Source: Fistulifera solaris (Eukaryota). Taken from it: 48,092 bases of DNA. Positions 24,878 through 37,665 of this stretch are shown piece by piece (the stretch's first letter is position 1; every line of letters begins with the position of its first letter). Made by a program: the position numbers and the translations under genes. The stretch covers positions 868,001-916,092 of the forward strand of contig AP026169.1 of assembly GCA_030295235.1 (NCBI GenBank). Reading direction: 5' to 3'. The notes below the pieces were generated by a model. That model was not told where the DNA came from. It ran no database searches and saw only the letters and a program-made list of their open reading frames with translations.

Positions 24878-26304
24878 ATGCCAAACAGAGAGCGAAATCG
24901 AGCATCTCTTGTTCAACCACTTGAGAGACGACAAAACTAGCAACGCCGTTACGTGAATCTCCGTGCCAGAAGCGCAACGCGCCTTCGAAAACGATCATTG
25001 AAACTGCCCTGATTGCGTCTCCTCGTGAAGCGAAGACAATACTATCTACTTCTTCTGAAAAGAATTACGGCATTCGATTACAGTCGAAGAGAAGAGATTC
25101 CCGCAAAGAAAGTCTCCAATCACTTCTCTGGATAAGTTTCTGGCTTCTTCATCGCGTAGATCCAAGAATCGCGTCAAAAGTCCCAAAGGCGTTTGTGAGC
25201 TTCGAGAAGAATCACCGAGCTTTCCATTATTTTCAAAAATAATACTTCCTACCAAATGAGTCGAGAAGATTGTTCAGCTGTCGTCGGAAGCGAGCAGAAG
25301 ACTACGCAGTCGCCTCATCATTTCACGCAACGACGACAACACGTTGCTGTAAGGATCCCTGAGGAAGAAAGATCGCCTTTAGCAGAGCAGTCGCAGTACG
25401 AGAAATCACCAACCTACTTTCCTGCTGTTGATTATATTACAAGCACACGCTCTGATGTGTCGCCGCAAAAGCCGAAGTGAGTATCTGATGCTGAGTCCAG
25501 AGCCCCACCATCCGATAATAAGACTCAGCAAGCACCGCCAACTCCAAGCAATGCAGCACAGGACAAAACTGACCCAGCGATAAACAAAAACGTCGATAGC
25601 ATTCCCACCAAGCCGACGAGAAGCTTGAGCAAGGGTGCAAAGACACAGAATGCAGTCTTCCGTCCAAAGACGCCACAGAAACGCTTCCTTAAGAAGGGAA
25701 TCAAACTTAGTCCTACTCTTCTCATGGCTTCCCTCTCATCACGTGCTGCAAAGATGAAAGCTATCGTAGAGTCCCCAAAAGCATTAAGGAATCTATTTGT
25801 TGGTATTGTGTCACCAAAATCCGCAGGCGACGATACCCATTCGATCGAAACGCCCACGCAAAAGCGAAGGTAACGAGCATCAGCCGAATGATGGCACCCG
25901 ACTTGGCAGTTTCAACATCAGGAGCAAATGAGAGCAGCTCCTCCTTGAAGATTTCCGATCTATCGGATCCACCTACTCGGGCAAGGCAAATGTCGTTACC
26001 CGAAGTGTTGGGTCAATCGTTACAACACAATTTAAACGGTGATGACATTATGGATGATATGTTCGATAAAGACAGTGAAAATGGGACCATTGGCACCGAA
26101 GATCAGCGTACACCCTTGTGCTATGACCGTTGGCACTGTTCAACGCCATGTCTTCCATCGCCCAGTTTCGCATTCCACCAGAGATCAATGCGACGCTTGG
26201 ACAGTCCAACTCACGAAAACAACAGCAACAACAAGAACGATTCGGCCACCTTGCAATTCATGCCGACAAAACCTCGTCGCTACAACAGCAGAGAATGTTC
26301 CTAG
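24878..26304 (+). CDS. Low-complexity Ser/Pro/Arg-rich hypothetical protein (frameshifted)
   Basis: Chain of + strand ORFs (25256, 25625, 25888) with SP/TP sites and a terminal MPTKPRRYNS motif similar to the neighbouring genes. Confidence 0.5.
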
Positions 26305-26417
26305 TGGCACTAGTCACGATCAGTTTTCTAGCAAGGATTTTTCCTCAGATTAACATTTTGAAGACGAATTTTAAAATATAGTTCACAGTTATCACTCATG
26401 TGCGGTTAACTGCACTT

Positions 26418-27669
26418 CTAGTTACCCATTTCCATGGTAGAATTGTGACATTCCGTTGGAGCCGACGTTGGTTCCGGTGTTGGCTCGGGAACAACCGCAA
26501 CTGGTACAGCTATTTTATCCTCGCAGTCATGCGTCGAGCTCTCTTTGAGTACCGTGGGTGCTGGTGTTGGAGCGCAATCATGAGCCATGTCGTGGTAAAA
26601 ATATATCCAATGAAGATTGAAACCTCCTGCCAAGATATTAATGCGAAGTGGCTGCAGTCCTGTTGTCGTTACCTCCATTTGCACAGCAACTGTCTCGAAG
26701 CTTTGCCACGCACTTGTCACCGGCATCTCATCCACAAAAGCAACAACGCGTTGCGATCCGACATCCATTTCAAATGCTCCTTCTCCATCTGGGGACGCTA
26801 CGTTCATAGAAACTCTGTACTTGCCGACCATTGGAAAATCAACCATGTATTCAACGTAGTCTCCAGGGTCCAGAAACCCAACGATTCCGATCCCCTCAGA
26901 CGATGTTTCTACTTCAACACCTTGCATGGTAGAAAAGTCTGCAGCATCGACCATAAAAGTCCACTTGTCGATCTCGTCGGGTACAAATTCCGACGAAGGA
27001 ACCGGTGCTACGGTAGGAACACTTACCGGTAGCAAGACGGGCGGAGGTACGGGTGTCATGCCGGGTACAATTGTCGGTGAACTGACAGGGGAAGAAACAG
27101 GAGACCCAACTGGAACCATGACTGGCGTTGCAACAGGGGCCATCGTAGCCGGGGTCGCAATAGGGGACTTGCTGGCGAGATGGTAGTTGTTGTAGCTGGT
27201 GCAAGAGTTCCGTCCTGCTGTTTAAAGTACATCCAAAGCAAATTGAATCCCTGCTCCTCGACATTGAGAGAAAGCGTGTACGAACCAGCCGGTAGCGTGA
27301 CAAATCGACTGATAGGCTTGTATCGCTGCCAATTTCCGGATGCTGGAAGATCTTGAAAGGTTGCATAAACTTCACCCGTATCGGCATTCGTAATTGTGAA
27401 GCGTCCGCCACCATCGGGACTTGCTAGGCGAACTTGCAACAAGTATGATTCCTCGACCGGCATCTCAATAGGATATTGAATAATGTCTCCGCTCTTCAAC
27501 TGGGAAAGATTGTCAGTGCCTTCTGACGAGGGCTCTGGGACAATCCCTTCACTAGCCGACAAGAAGGGTACGGCTGGAATAAAGTAAAGAGTTTACTTTC
27601 TTGTGCGCGTCGCAAATACTTGGCATTTGCAATCGAAGCGAGAAACAACAGATAGAGGATCGATTTCAT
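26418..27669 (-). CDS. Secreted protein with two CBM6-like carbohydrate-binding modules and Pro/Thr/Val linkers
   Basis: Signal peptide MKSILYLLFLASIANA followed by KYLRRAQE. Module 1: GDIIQY...VRLASPDGGG...LPASGNWQRY...LPAGSYTL...GFNLLWMYF. Module 2: GFLDPGDYVEY...NVASPDGEG...PVTSAWQSFETV...GGFNLHWIYF. Two frameshifts. Confidence 0.82.
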
Positions 27670-29586
27670 GGTGACTGAGAAAAGAAATTGGTAATTGCTA
27701 TTCAATATTCAAGCGAATGAAAGAAAATGAAAAGTGACCGCATGTCGGTCGATCCTGAAGTAGCCTTCTCGCTAATGAATCTGATTGGGGCAATGAATGT
27801 CTCATAGTAACCTTACCTGGTACGTACGTAGAACGTAAAACGCAAGTCGACAATAAAATAATGACCCTTCTTTCCGTTCGTCCGTGCACGGCCGAAAACA
27901 TGCCAAGGCCTCGAAAAGATGGCCTTCGCTTCACATTTTTCATTCGTTTCTTCGAGAATGCTTTGGCTGCGCTCAACTGACAAACCATAATGAGAAATCC
28001 TCAAAGTTCGGTCAACTGCAAAACGCTCCGATGATAGCTTCGTGAACACGCTTCGACGAACGCTTTGCAAACGATTCAATGCACAAAAACTGCCGGCATC
28101 GTCGAGCTAACCATATGATCAATTCTACACCGACATCATTTGCAGTTGCCTTTTGATGCACAGGGTGAAGAAAAGGCCCTTGGAAGAGTTGCTCATGCCG
28201 GTGAAAATTCGAAGAGACAGATTTAGAAAAGACGACCCAATACGCAAACTCCAAAAATCAATTCGTCGACGGATCAATACTTAGTATGGGGTCTGGAGAA
28301 GAACCCTTTCCCGACGCAGCTTGAATCGGCGACCAGAGCGTTGCCCTTCGTGTGCTAGCAGAAAATTCTTGATGATGGGTGGAGATTGCATTTTCTGAAG
28401 TTTCAATCTGGAGCGCGTCGATCGTTTCGAACAATGACAAATTCCTTCCACAAAGTGATACCACTTGCACAGGAAGATAATGAATGAATGTTGTTTATTG
28501 ACGATATCTGTTGACATCAACAGTCCACGCAATGGATCAAACAATGAGAAGAGCGGTTCAAAATATATCTTGGCGATAGAGCTTTATCTCTATTTCATTA
28601 CTACCGACTAATCAGCCTATCTTACGATTGTACTTACACCAAAACAAGCTTCTAAAGTATCTAAAGCGTTAAAGTAGCAAGAATCGCAGTAGAATCTGAT
28701 TGAGATTAGCGCCACCATAGCTAACTTCCAACAAACTATAAAATTTCGCTTGCCTTGGTCATGCCATCAGTAAGAAAAGGGAAAAACTGCACAGATGCGA
28801 ACTCTCTTGAAATGTGTATGGAGCAACGATGTGAAATAGCTAAGAGATATTTTGACTCTTGTGACGCAAATAGTCTAAACCTAATTGCAACAAGAGAGTT
28901 GGGGTTGCAGTACACTATATGTCCTCAGCTTGTTCTTTACGTTCTGCCCTTAAAAGGAAAAGGGTCAAGGCAATCCATTATGAATCCCTTCACGTTTAGT
29001 TCTCATCATCTAATGAGAATTGCGTCCTGCGTCCTGCTCATCTTTTATCGTTGCTTTTGATATGCTTTTAATATTCCTTTCCATGATTTAATGCATTCCT
29101 TGTGAGCTTGTGAGGTGTGAGTCAAGTCAGGAGTAACATATTTCAGAAATCAAGTACCGCACCGTACCTGGTACGTAATTTATAGCGTTCGCACTTCGTA
29201 ACACTTTCACTGATCTCGCTCAAATCACAAGGGACTTACTACTTTCTAGCGGCAATAAACAATAAAACATTCTGGTGTTACAAGTCATTTGTTTAATCAC
29301 TTAGGAACTCTTGTGCGCAGTTACCTGTAAGTCATTTTTCGTTATCGGCCAACAACGTTGGAACTTGGAACTGAGTAGAAGGGTACTTGTAGTGGTAGTG
29401 TGAATTACGCATATAGAAGAAGGAAAGGAAAAATAGCTTTCATCTTTCATGTTTCATTCTGTGCACAGGCTCGTCGCTTCGCTCGCCTTGAATCTAAATG
29501 CCCCGGAATTCGAATCAAGAAAGAGACAAACCACCAAGGTAGCTTTGGCCAGCTGTTGCTGATCCTACAATCGTTATCACTTTGAA

Positions 29587-30009
29587 ATGAGTGGCTATTT
29601 GTTGTCCAGCGATTCTCTCCCCTCGAACTATACAGCGTTTCGTAAAAGTGTCATCATAGTGGATGACAAGGCAGTTTCACAATTTCCCTGCCAAAGCTCT
29701 TTTGTCGGCAAGGAATCAATACCGCCTCTTCGATTGATAAGGCGGGCCAATTGCGGGCGCAGCCGTGAAGAACAGAATACTAGCCGTTCACTGTTCAATC
29801 GCTCCATACCAAATCACGATCGCTGGAGTAACGCTTTCGCGACATGCAGTAAACCTAAAATGCCGTTGCGCAATTACGACTTTGAAACGAAAGAAAGAAC
29901 TTTTAAAACAATCGTCTGCATGCATAAATCGCAAGCCCCGCGTGACCTGATTCTCGAAGAAGCCCTTCGCATCATGAAGGAAAGCTCACCCGTTTCACCG
30001 AGAGCTTAA
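29587..30009 (+). CDS. Hypothetical protein (140 aa), diatom-type IVxD..RWS..PxxPxR
   Basis: Intact ATG ORF with VIIVDDKA, DRWS and PKMPLR motifs. Confidence 0.55.
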   Translation: MSGYLLSSDSLPSNYTAFRKSVIIVDDKAVSQFPCQSSFVGKESIPPLRLIRRANCGRSREEQNTSRSLFNRSIPNHDRWSNAFATCSKPKMPLRNYDFETKERTFKTIVCMHKSQAPRDLILEEALRIMKESSPVSPRA

Positions 30010-30399
30010 GGTTTACTTCAGGAACAGCTGAAACTTCCGTTTGAACATTATTTCTTTGCACATTTTTTCATTGACTTACCATTTATGTAAATTGAATACT
30101 TTGGAACTCAAAGGATCGTCGTGTTGCAAACGGAACTAAGCGACCTTTGCTTGATTCTTCAAGCCGAAACGGATGCACGTTGTAAAATTTGGTGATAAGA
30201 TGAAAGCGAACCTTAACCGCGATCATTTAAAAGACGCATTCGGCTTCATTTCCATCGCTAATGTCTTTTCAGAATCGGTCGAATCATTGTTTTTAGTAAA
30301 GCGCTATTCTGGTGGAGAGAATTGTGGCTCCGAATTGTGAAGTGACTTTATGAAAGATGCGGTAAATTGCCTATCCCGTTTGCCAAATACACGTAGCAG

Positions 30400-30972
30400 T
30401 CATTTCTTCCTTCGTCGACGCAATGCAGCAGTTCCTGGTTCCAAGCGTTCCACTTGAGCCGGTCTCGATGACTCTCTCTCCGCTAGTTGTCGGGCCATTT
30501 CCCAATATCCTCCCTTATCTTTCCCACCATGCGAGAGCGTCTCGTATGATCGAATGACTTCTTTTCTAGTCGCATCGTTCATTTCAAAGGTGAGATGATC
30601 TTCTCTAAGGTAGGGTGTTATTTCAAGATCCGATGTTGACTCGCTAGTACCTTTCATCGACTTCTTTTGAACTATTTGCTCAAAAGCCTGCCGGTAGCGA
30701 ATAAAAGCAGCCTGTGAATCTGCAGAAGATCTAGAGTTGCCATTCCGATCCGGATGATGATGCATGGCCGCTTTTAGAAAAGCTTGTTTGACAATCGTGT
30801 AATCGCTGTCGCGGGGAACACCGAGAATCACGTAAGGACAAAATGAGACGACGTTTCGCCGGAAAAGAAAGCCTTCGGAATTAAGCGAGATCGACTAATT
30901 GCTTTCTTTGGAAGAAACTGTGCCTGAGCTATTGAAAACATCTTGGAAAGTTATCTATTCATGAAGCTTCAT
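30400..30972 (-). CDS. DnaJ-domain protein (start approximate)
   Basis: CPYVILGVPRDSDYTIVKQAFLKAAMHHHPD...AAFIRYRQAFEQI is a J-domain with the HPD motif. The N-terminus is disrupted by indels. Confidence 0.85.
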
Positions 30973-32477
30973 TGTTGGCTGCCTTAAGCGTTATTGCGTT
31001 GCGTTGCAACATGTTTGTTATACGGAGTGGTCTTTCATAGTAACAGTGTGACATCGACTGGGATTTGGCCCTTGGCGTTGGCTTGAAGAACCGCAAACTG
31101 CGAATGCCTCTGCAGTTTCCTTGCAAGTTGCCTCGAGGCCGAAACTGCTTGCTGTCCCATCAGTCCGTCAACGCAGATGACTAGAGGGTAGTGAAATCAC
31201 GTCTGCGTTCATCGCACGGGGTCCGTACGTGCTCCGTTTTTTACGCTCTTGAGCAGCCAAAACCTTGGACCTAGCTGCAAAGCGACCAAAAATTATTTAG
31301 CCATCGACGTCGACAAGTTAAGCAGATTTTTGACTTGTCTCAAGGATCACAGGGTAAAGGAGACTGAGTCTACAGCACGTAAGTTTAGAAAACAGGTCAA
31401 CCTTCAATGTTTCAAAATGCTAATAACTAATAACGCATACAACATGCGTACATCATACATCATACATCTTGCATCATCATAATTAGTAACCAGTAACCCG
31501 TACAAAATAACCAGTAACCAGTGACGTGTGTGACGGTCACTGCTAAGCTTGAACTTTGAATCGTGAATATATTGAAGCTTGAAGCATGAGCATGTGACGG
31601 CGAATCTAGAATCTCTAGAGTCTGGAGTCTGGAGTAGAGCGAAGAGAATTAGCCCAGTGACATGTGACATCGAAATTGACCGTCGACCAAAGACCGAAAG
31701 TCGTAAGTCAACGTCGAACGTCCAAATCTCGAATCTCGAAAGCGTACAACGTACAACTGGTCTCCGTCATCGACAATAGAGAAAGCAATACTAAAGAGAG
31801 ACAAATTCAAAACAGGTAGATTACACCCCGGGACATATTCTGCGATGCGAAAGGCGATAAACCAAAACCAGGTGCATGATGAGGGTCGTTAAGGTCGTTA
31901 CCCTCGTACCGGTAGTCGTTAGATGTAGAGAAACGAGGGCTCTCCTGGTAGAAAAATGAGAACCTAAGTTTTACGTGAATAGCAACCTCGCAACCTCACA
32001 CGAAAGTTACGTTTTAGGACATTACCCCGTACTTGTAGTGTTTTAAATTATTTCACACTATGGCCTAGACTCTCAACTCTTAACCACAGTGAATAACTAA
32101 GGACATGATGTTCTACGTAGCGTCTCTTCCTAAGGTCACAAAATAGACATTCACGATTAATTGGGTGTTGTTGATAGAATCCCCTTGCTGACTGTTGTAT
32201 TGGACTGAAGTAAGATTGTACAACTTAATGACCTCGGACCTTGGAGTTGGCGCCTACGAACAAGTGTTTTATCGCTTTTTCTTTTAGTCCATGCAGTTTT
32301 CCCAATAAGCTTCTATCGGACGCTGTCCCTTCACCGACGTCGCTGGTTCCCCTACATTATAGCCAATTCTCGGCAACTTCTTCTGCGTTTTTGTCTGATT
32401 TTCTCCGTGTTCAAAACCTCTCAAAAGTCAACCAATGTTTCAAGTGCTTCTCTCTCGAGGCATCAATTTAATATACC

Positions 32478-33723
32478 ATGGGGATCCGTACAGCACATAA
32501 AGCACCTACACCACAGGGCCCCTCCCGAAAAGACAGCACCGAAACATATGAGGGGTCGAGTGCAAGCAGCGGCAACGGCATGCTTCCGGAATCGGGTTTT
32601 GCCTTCAAACGCCGCACGCAAGAGGTTTGGTGCGAGCCGCAAAACACATCTCGCATTCACCAACTTTCAGTGTCAGCGGACTAAAGAGTATTCCATCGTT
32701 TTCTAGGGATGATTTGGAGGTTGGGTCTGTTTTAGGTGTCGGTGGGTTTAATTTTGTCAACAAAGTCAAGACGGACAAAATCAAAAATACAAAGAAGAGC
32801 AAGTCAAGAACAAACCCTAATTCACAAAGTGACAAGCTTGTCGTCAAGACGCTGTTTCCTCACACAACACCGAGTCAATTACTCTCCGGCTGTCATCAAT
32901 TAGAAAAGGAAAAGCGAGTGCTTTCACAATTGAACCACCCAAACATCATTTCACTAAGGGGATACTCCGAAAAGGGTCTAGATAGTATTGCTGAGACAAA
33001 ACGTATCGATTCTTGCTTCCTTCTACTCGACTTTCTTCCCGAAACACTCACGGATCGCATCGAGAAATGGGGTAGGATCATAAGGACATCACCGAAGAAG
33101 AAGACACAACGTCGATGGACTTTGTTATCCAGAAAGCGTTTCCCCTTCGATCGAGAGATGTTCATCGAGCAAATACAAGTTGCCATTGATATTGCCAGTG
33201 CTCTACGGTACCTACACGAGAAGCGAATCATTCTCAGAGATCTCAAACCGGTAAGGGACTTCCAAATCGTCATGCTTTCTGTGTTTCTTTTGTCACTGTC
33301 TAACTCTTGTCGAACTCGAAACGAAAGGACAATGTCGGCTTCGATGAATCTAATTGTACAAAGCTGTTCGATTTCGGTCTCATTGCACAGCTTCCTAAAT
33401 TTTGCAATCTCGACAAGACACACACCATTCCTGGAAACATCGGAACCCCGCGATACATGGCGCCTGAGGTACTTCGAGAGCAGCCTTACAACGTGAAAGC
33501 CGATGTATTTTCGTTTTCCCAAGTGCTTTGGGAGATATTAACCCAAGAACGAGCTCCTGGTGCAAGTTCTAGTCGTCCTGTTATTCCTAAGGAATGGCCA
33601 GGAACACTACGTAGAATCCTGGAGCGCGGCTGGTCGGAAGATCTGAATGACCGACCGTGTATGACGGAATACAAGTACGCTTTAGAAGATTTACTGCGTC
33701 AAGCTAAGGAAGCGTCCATTTGA
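32478..33723 (+). CDS. Protein kinase, TKL-like; intron 33251-33327
   Basis: LGVGGFNFV, LVVK, LNHPNII, IILRDLKP|DNVGFD, KLFDFGL, GTPRYMAPE, ADVFSF, W...RP. ATG 32478 joins through a 1-nt indel near 32626. Confidence 0.93.
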
Positions 33724-34179
33724 TTACTATAACACAAACGCACATTTACAGCCGCGCAAACTTCATTGTCAGTATTTTTTTTAAAAAAAAACATGATTTA
33801 CAAGTTTTTAGTATAAATTACCATCTTCTTTGCTTAGTAACACGTTGTACTTTTGTTTTGTTTTGTCAAATGAGAGCGGTATCGGGAATCGAATGGTTTG
33901 CTTAGGTCTCAAACTAATGTCGCCTTGACCAGAAAGGACTTATGAATTTTCAATCATTTGAGGGAGATCGCCTCTCTTTTTGCACCGAAATGAATTCCAA
34001 TCAATGATTAGACCAGCAACGACAAACGCAACTGATAGTGCAAAAGAAGGACCGTATCGTGCATGTAAAGTTTCTTAGTGATTTTTAAAATGAAGATATG
34101 GAATGCCAGAATGGAATGCCAGAAAAGATATGCAAATCGACGATGAGGTTCAACGAGATCAATGATCTGGCTCGAATTT

Positions 34180-35288
34180 TTACTTTTCGAGAGAGGATGG
34201 CGGGCAGAGAGAAGGCTGAAGTGCGGAGCGTTGGTGAATGTTGTAATAGCCAAAGTATCCTGCTGTTGGCGATGAGGGACTCTGGTTCGTCCAAGCGCGA
34301 CTGTTTCGGGGTAATAATTCATAATTATTCGCTCCGTCAGAAACGACAATCATATCCGGAAGAGGAATGGCATGACGGGCCATGGTGGTGGGCGCGACAG
34401 TCTGAGGCACACGATGCGGTGGAGGCAACTCATAGCAAGATCGCGGCTGAGTTGGAGGTGTCGACCAGGGTGCCGGATCTCGCGTCTCAGGCGGATCGAA
34501 CGGGGGTGGAGAAGTAATTGCTTCGGAGCGAAGCTTCTGCTACTTCCACCAGCGGTGGAAGCGGTTCCATATGGTAAAAGTCAGGAAAAGTATCGTCGCT
34601 GCTGGCTTTGCGAGCTCCTGTCCCTTTGAACTTTTGACGCGGAATTCTCTGAGCTAGCTCAGGCTTTCCACGAAGAAATTTCTCATGGAAATAGCCACCT
34701 TTATCGGGTCCTATTCGCAAGAAATGAATACGAAGCACCGCTTGTCAGAGAAAACAAGTCATATCTGCTATCGACAGAGGTGCATACATTTTCGACTTAC
34801 CTCTGGGGATTCGTGAAAAGCCGTAGATATTGAGCTGTCTGTGAAACGGATAAACGGAAGGCTGCGTGAGTCAACGATGGGCCAATTGAAGTCTTTTCTT
34901 TGACCATCAACAATCTGCAAGCGACTAAGACATCCGCAATATACCGTCCGGTTACGCACCTTTGAAACGACGAGTAATGCGCTTGCCGAAACCATCTATT
35001 AAAGGAATGCGGTGAGACGTTGTAGGCAATGATGAACAAGCTCCCAAGTTTTACTTACGTCGGTAATATGTGCTGCTCCAAACGTTTCTGATCATGAACG
35101 ATGAAGCAGCGACCATGAGGTTGCCAAGACATGATGTGCTCCATGCCATCCTTGGCCATCTCATTTAGGACATAGTGTAGCTTATCGGGAAAGTTATGTC
35201 TGACAGGAGACGAACGCAAAGGCGATGGCGCTGATTCTTTAATAGCATTGCCGTTCGCCTTCTCGAGATTTTGCTTGTCGTGGCTCAT
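34180..35288 (-). CDS. HSF-type transcription factor, copy 2; introns 35058-34996, 34959-34839, 34800-34711 (3' end approximate)
   Basis: FPDKLHYVL...IMSWQPHGRCFIVHD...ILPT|WFRQAHYSSFQR|QLNIYGFSRIPR|GPDKGGYFHEKFLRGKPELAQRIPRQKFKGTG...PDFY, then a Pro-rich tail after a frameshift near 34525. Confidence 0.93.
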
Positions 35289-35661
35289 GGCAGTTTGACA
35301 GAAGTTGACAGATTTTCCTTCTCTTTTGATTCTTAACAAAACCGAAGCTTGCTAAATTTGTGAGGAAACAATGTGGGTCGCATGGAATGGTTCAAAAAGC
35401 GCCACGGATCTTGGTACAGGTTCGACAGGAAGATTCGCATAGAAGGAGAACTTCATCGATCGAGAGGGAAGTTTGTAGAGATGATGTCCCGTCACCACTT
35501 CTCTAATTTACAAAACATATGGATATTTTACGACTGGCCACGGCGTCATCGATAAAGAGTAAGAAACAATGTGCAAGGAACAAAGGTGACCTTCCAAGCC
35601 TAACGTGAGGCTTGGTTGGTACTTTGTGTTTTGTGCTTGGTGAGTTTCGTGGGGTCAAATT

Positions 35662-37665
35662 TTTTGATTATGCCTGTAGCCACTGCGACACCCATAAGTG
35701 ACGTGCCTAAGGAAATCCCAGAAATCCTCGAATCCAGGACTTCAGTTCCTTCGCTTCCTTCGCAATCAGGCAACATTATGCCCATTAATTCAGAGTAGAA
35801 CACTTTTGTTGCTGACTTTGACTTTATAGATATCAACAGTTCTACCAATTCCTGTTCTTATCATCACGTTCAGTGTATTCTCTCGGTCAGCCAGCGTCGC
35901 TATCACCATTGCCATTGTCGCGATTCTCTTATCCCCGCACATTTGTGTACTCCGTGTCATCACCATGACTGATCTTTCACCTTCAACCATTTGTGTGCCT
36001 CACGAAAACCTCACTCCCATTCCGGGCAAACCTTCTTACGTCACCGTTGACCGCTTATACAGTGAGGTCATTCCCAATGCTTTGGCCGTCCCCTCGACAC
36101 ACCGGGTCACAAATTTCAACTTCTCACCCATCCTGGAACACTCATCCCTTACCCCGCTAATGCCACGAGTGCCCAGCGTGCAGGCGTAATTCGCGCACAT
36201 GACACGGCAATTGAGGATTATCTTTGCCAGGAATACGTCCATCAATTCTTACGACAGCAGATCATTGTTGCTGTTGAGCCCATTTACATGATGTCTCTCC
36301 ATGGTACAGAGGTCGGATTGGGCCATGTCAATTTGGAAACCGGTAGTGTGTCGGCGTACACCATGCTGGTTTATCTAAAAGACAAGTTCACCAAGATCAC
36401 GGCCGCTGAGATTGAAGCCAATTGTCTCAGCCTTGCCATGGACGTCCGATCAACCTATTCAGGCATTGTGGAATCGACATGTGGAAATCCGTGATTTTGC
36501 TGTTGCAGCGGAAGAACCATTGTCGGATTGGCGTCGTGATGGATCACACTCTTAAAATTGCTGGCCATGGCACATTTCAGTCAGCCATTGATGCTTGGCG
36601 TCGTCATTCTGAGGCGGACAAAACTTACAAAAACTTTGTGGAGTACTTCACTGCGGAACATGAGGCATTGCAAGAACAACTCACCACCTCTACCGCGGGA
36701 TATCATCACGCAAATGCAGCTGGTACTACAATCCCTGCTGTCATCCCACCGACAGCCACCGCAAGCACCATGACGCCCTAGACCCATGAATCACGAAGTG
36801 GTCGCAGAAGGGGGTTTTTGTATGTATTATTGTTGGACGCACGGTCTTGGTATGAATGCCGAACATACCAGCAAGACCTGCAACCACCCGGCTCATGGTC
36901 ACGCTTCACACTGCCACACTCAAGTCGGGCGAATCTCAGTGTGTCCGAAGCGAGATCCCGTGTAGCTGGTTACTAGTTTTTGAGCTCCAATCCCACCAAA
37001 CTTCCCGATCTGACTTCTCCTCCAATTAATGGTGACATCACCATTTATTGTCAAATCATGAAACACATGGTGTCAAGTGCAGCCAAAGCCAAACTTCGGT
37101 GCTTTATTTCTCAATGCACAAAATGCGTGCCCCTTAGCGTATTGCTTTGGAGGAAATGGGTCATCCCCAACCTGCCACTCCAATTCAAACTGACAACAGC
37201 ACTGCTGCTGGCATCGTCAATGACAAAGTCAAACAAAAGCTCTCCAAGGCAATGGATATGCGATTTTATTGGATTCGTGACCAGCGCCGAAAGGTCAATT
37301 TCATGTTTACTGGAAGGCTGGCGCTGGAAACAAAGCGGATTACTTTACTAAGCTTCATGCTACTTCACATCATCGCACAATGTGTCCGATGTATCTTCAC
37401 GACAATTCATCTACATCTTATTACGAAGCCATCTCTCCTCATCAGGATGTTGCTCAGTCCGTTCCCGACTCTGGGCTTTGAGGTGAGGGTGTATTGATTA
37501 TGCCTGTAGCCACTGTGACACCCATAAGTGACGTGCCTGACGCAATCCCAGAAATCCTCAAATCCAGGACTTCACTTCCTTCGCTTCCTTCGCAATCAGG
37601 CAACATTATGCCCATTAATTAGTAGAACACTTTTGTTGCTGACTTTGACTTTATAGATATCAACA
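35662..37665 (+). mobile_element. Internally deleted, degenerate Ty1/copia (CoDi-like) LTR retrotransposon, 2004 bp
   Basis: LTRs 35662-35838 and 37492-37665 end in ATATCAACA; their starts are mutated from TGTTGA to TTTTGA and TATTGA. TSD AAATT (35657-35661, 37666-37670). Polypurine-like GGTGAGGGTG before the 3' LTR. Gag knuckle YCWTHG...HTSKTC. RNase H EEMGHPQPATPIQTDNSTA...KAMDMRFYWIRD. Confidence 0.92.
35965..37491 (+). pseudogene. gag remnant fused to an RNase H remnant of the copia element
   Basis: Gag-like ORF pieces run from 35965 to about 36920 and are followed directly by SEARSRVAGY...VSSAA...TDN (RNase H). No protease, integrase or RT motifs are seen. In-frame stops are present. 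Confidence 0.8.

Noticed and set aside
27750..29100. Short ORFs on both strands upstream of the CBM6 gene
   Set aside because: No consistent frame or motif; treated as intergenic or decayed sequence.
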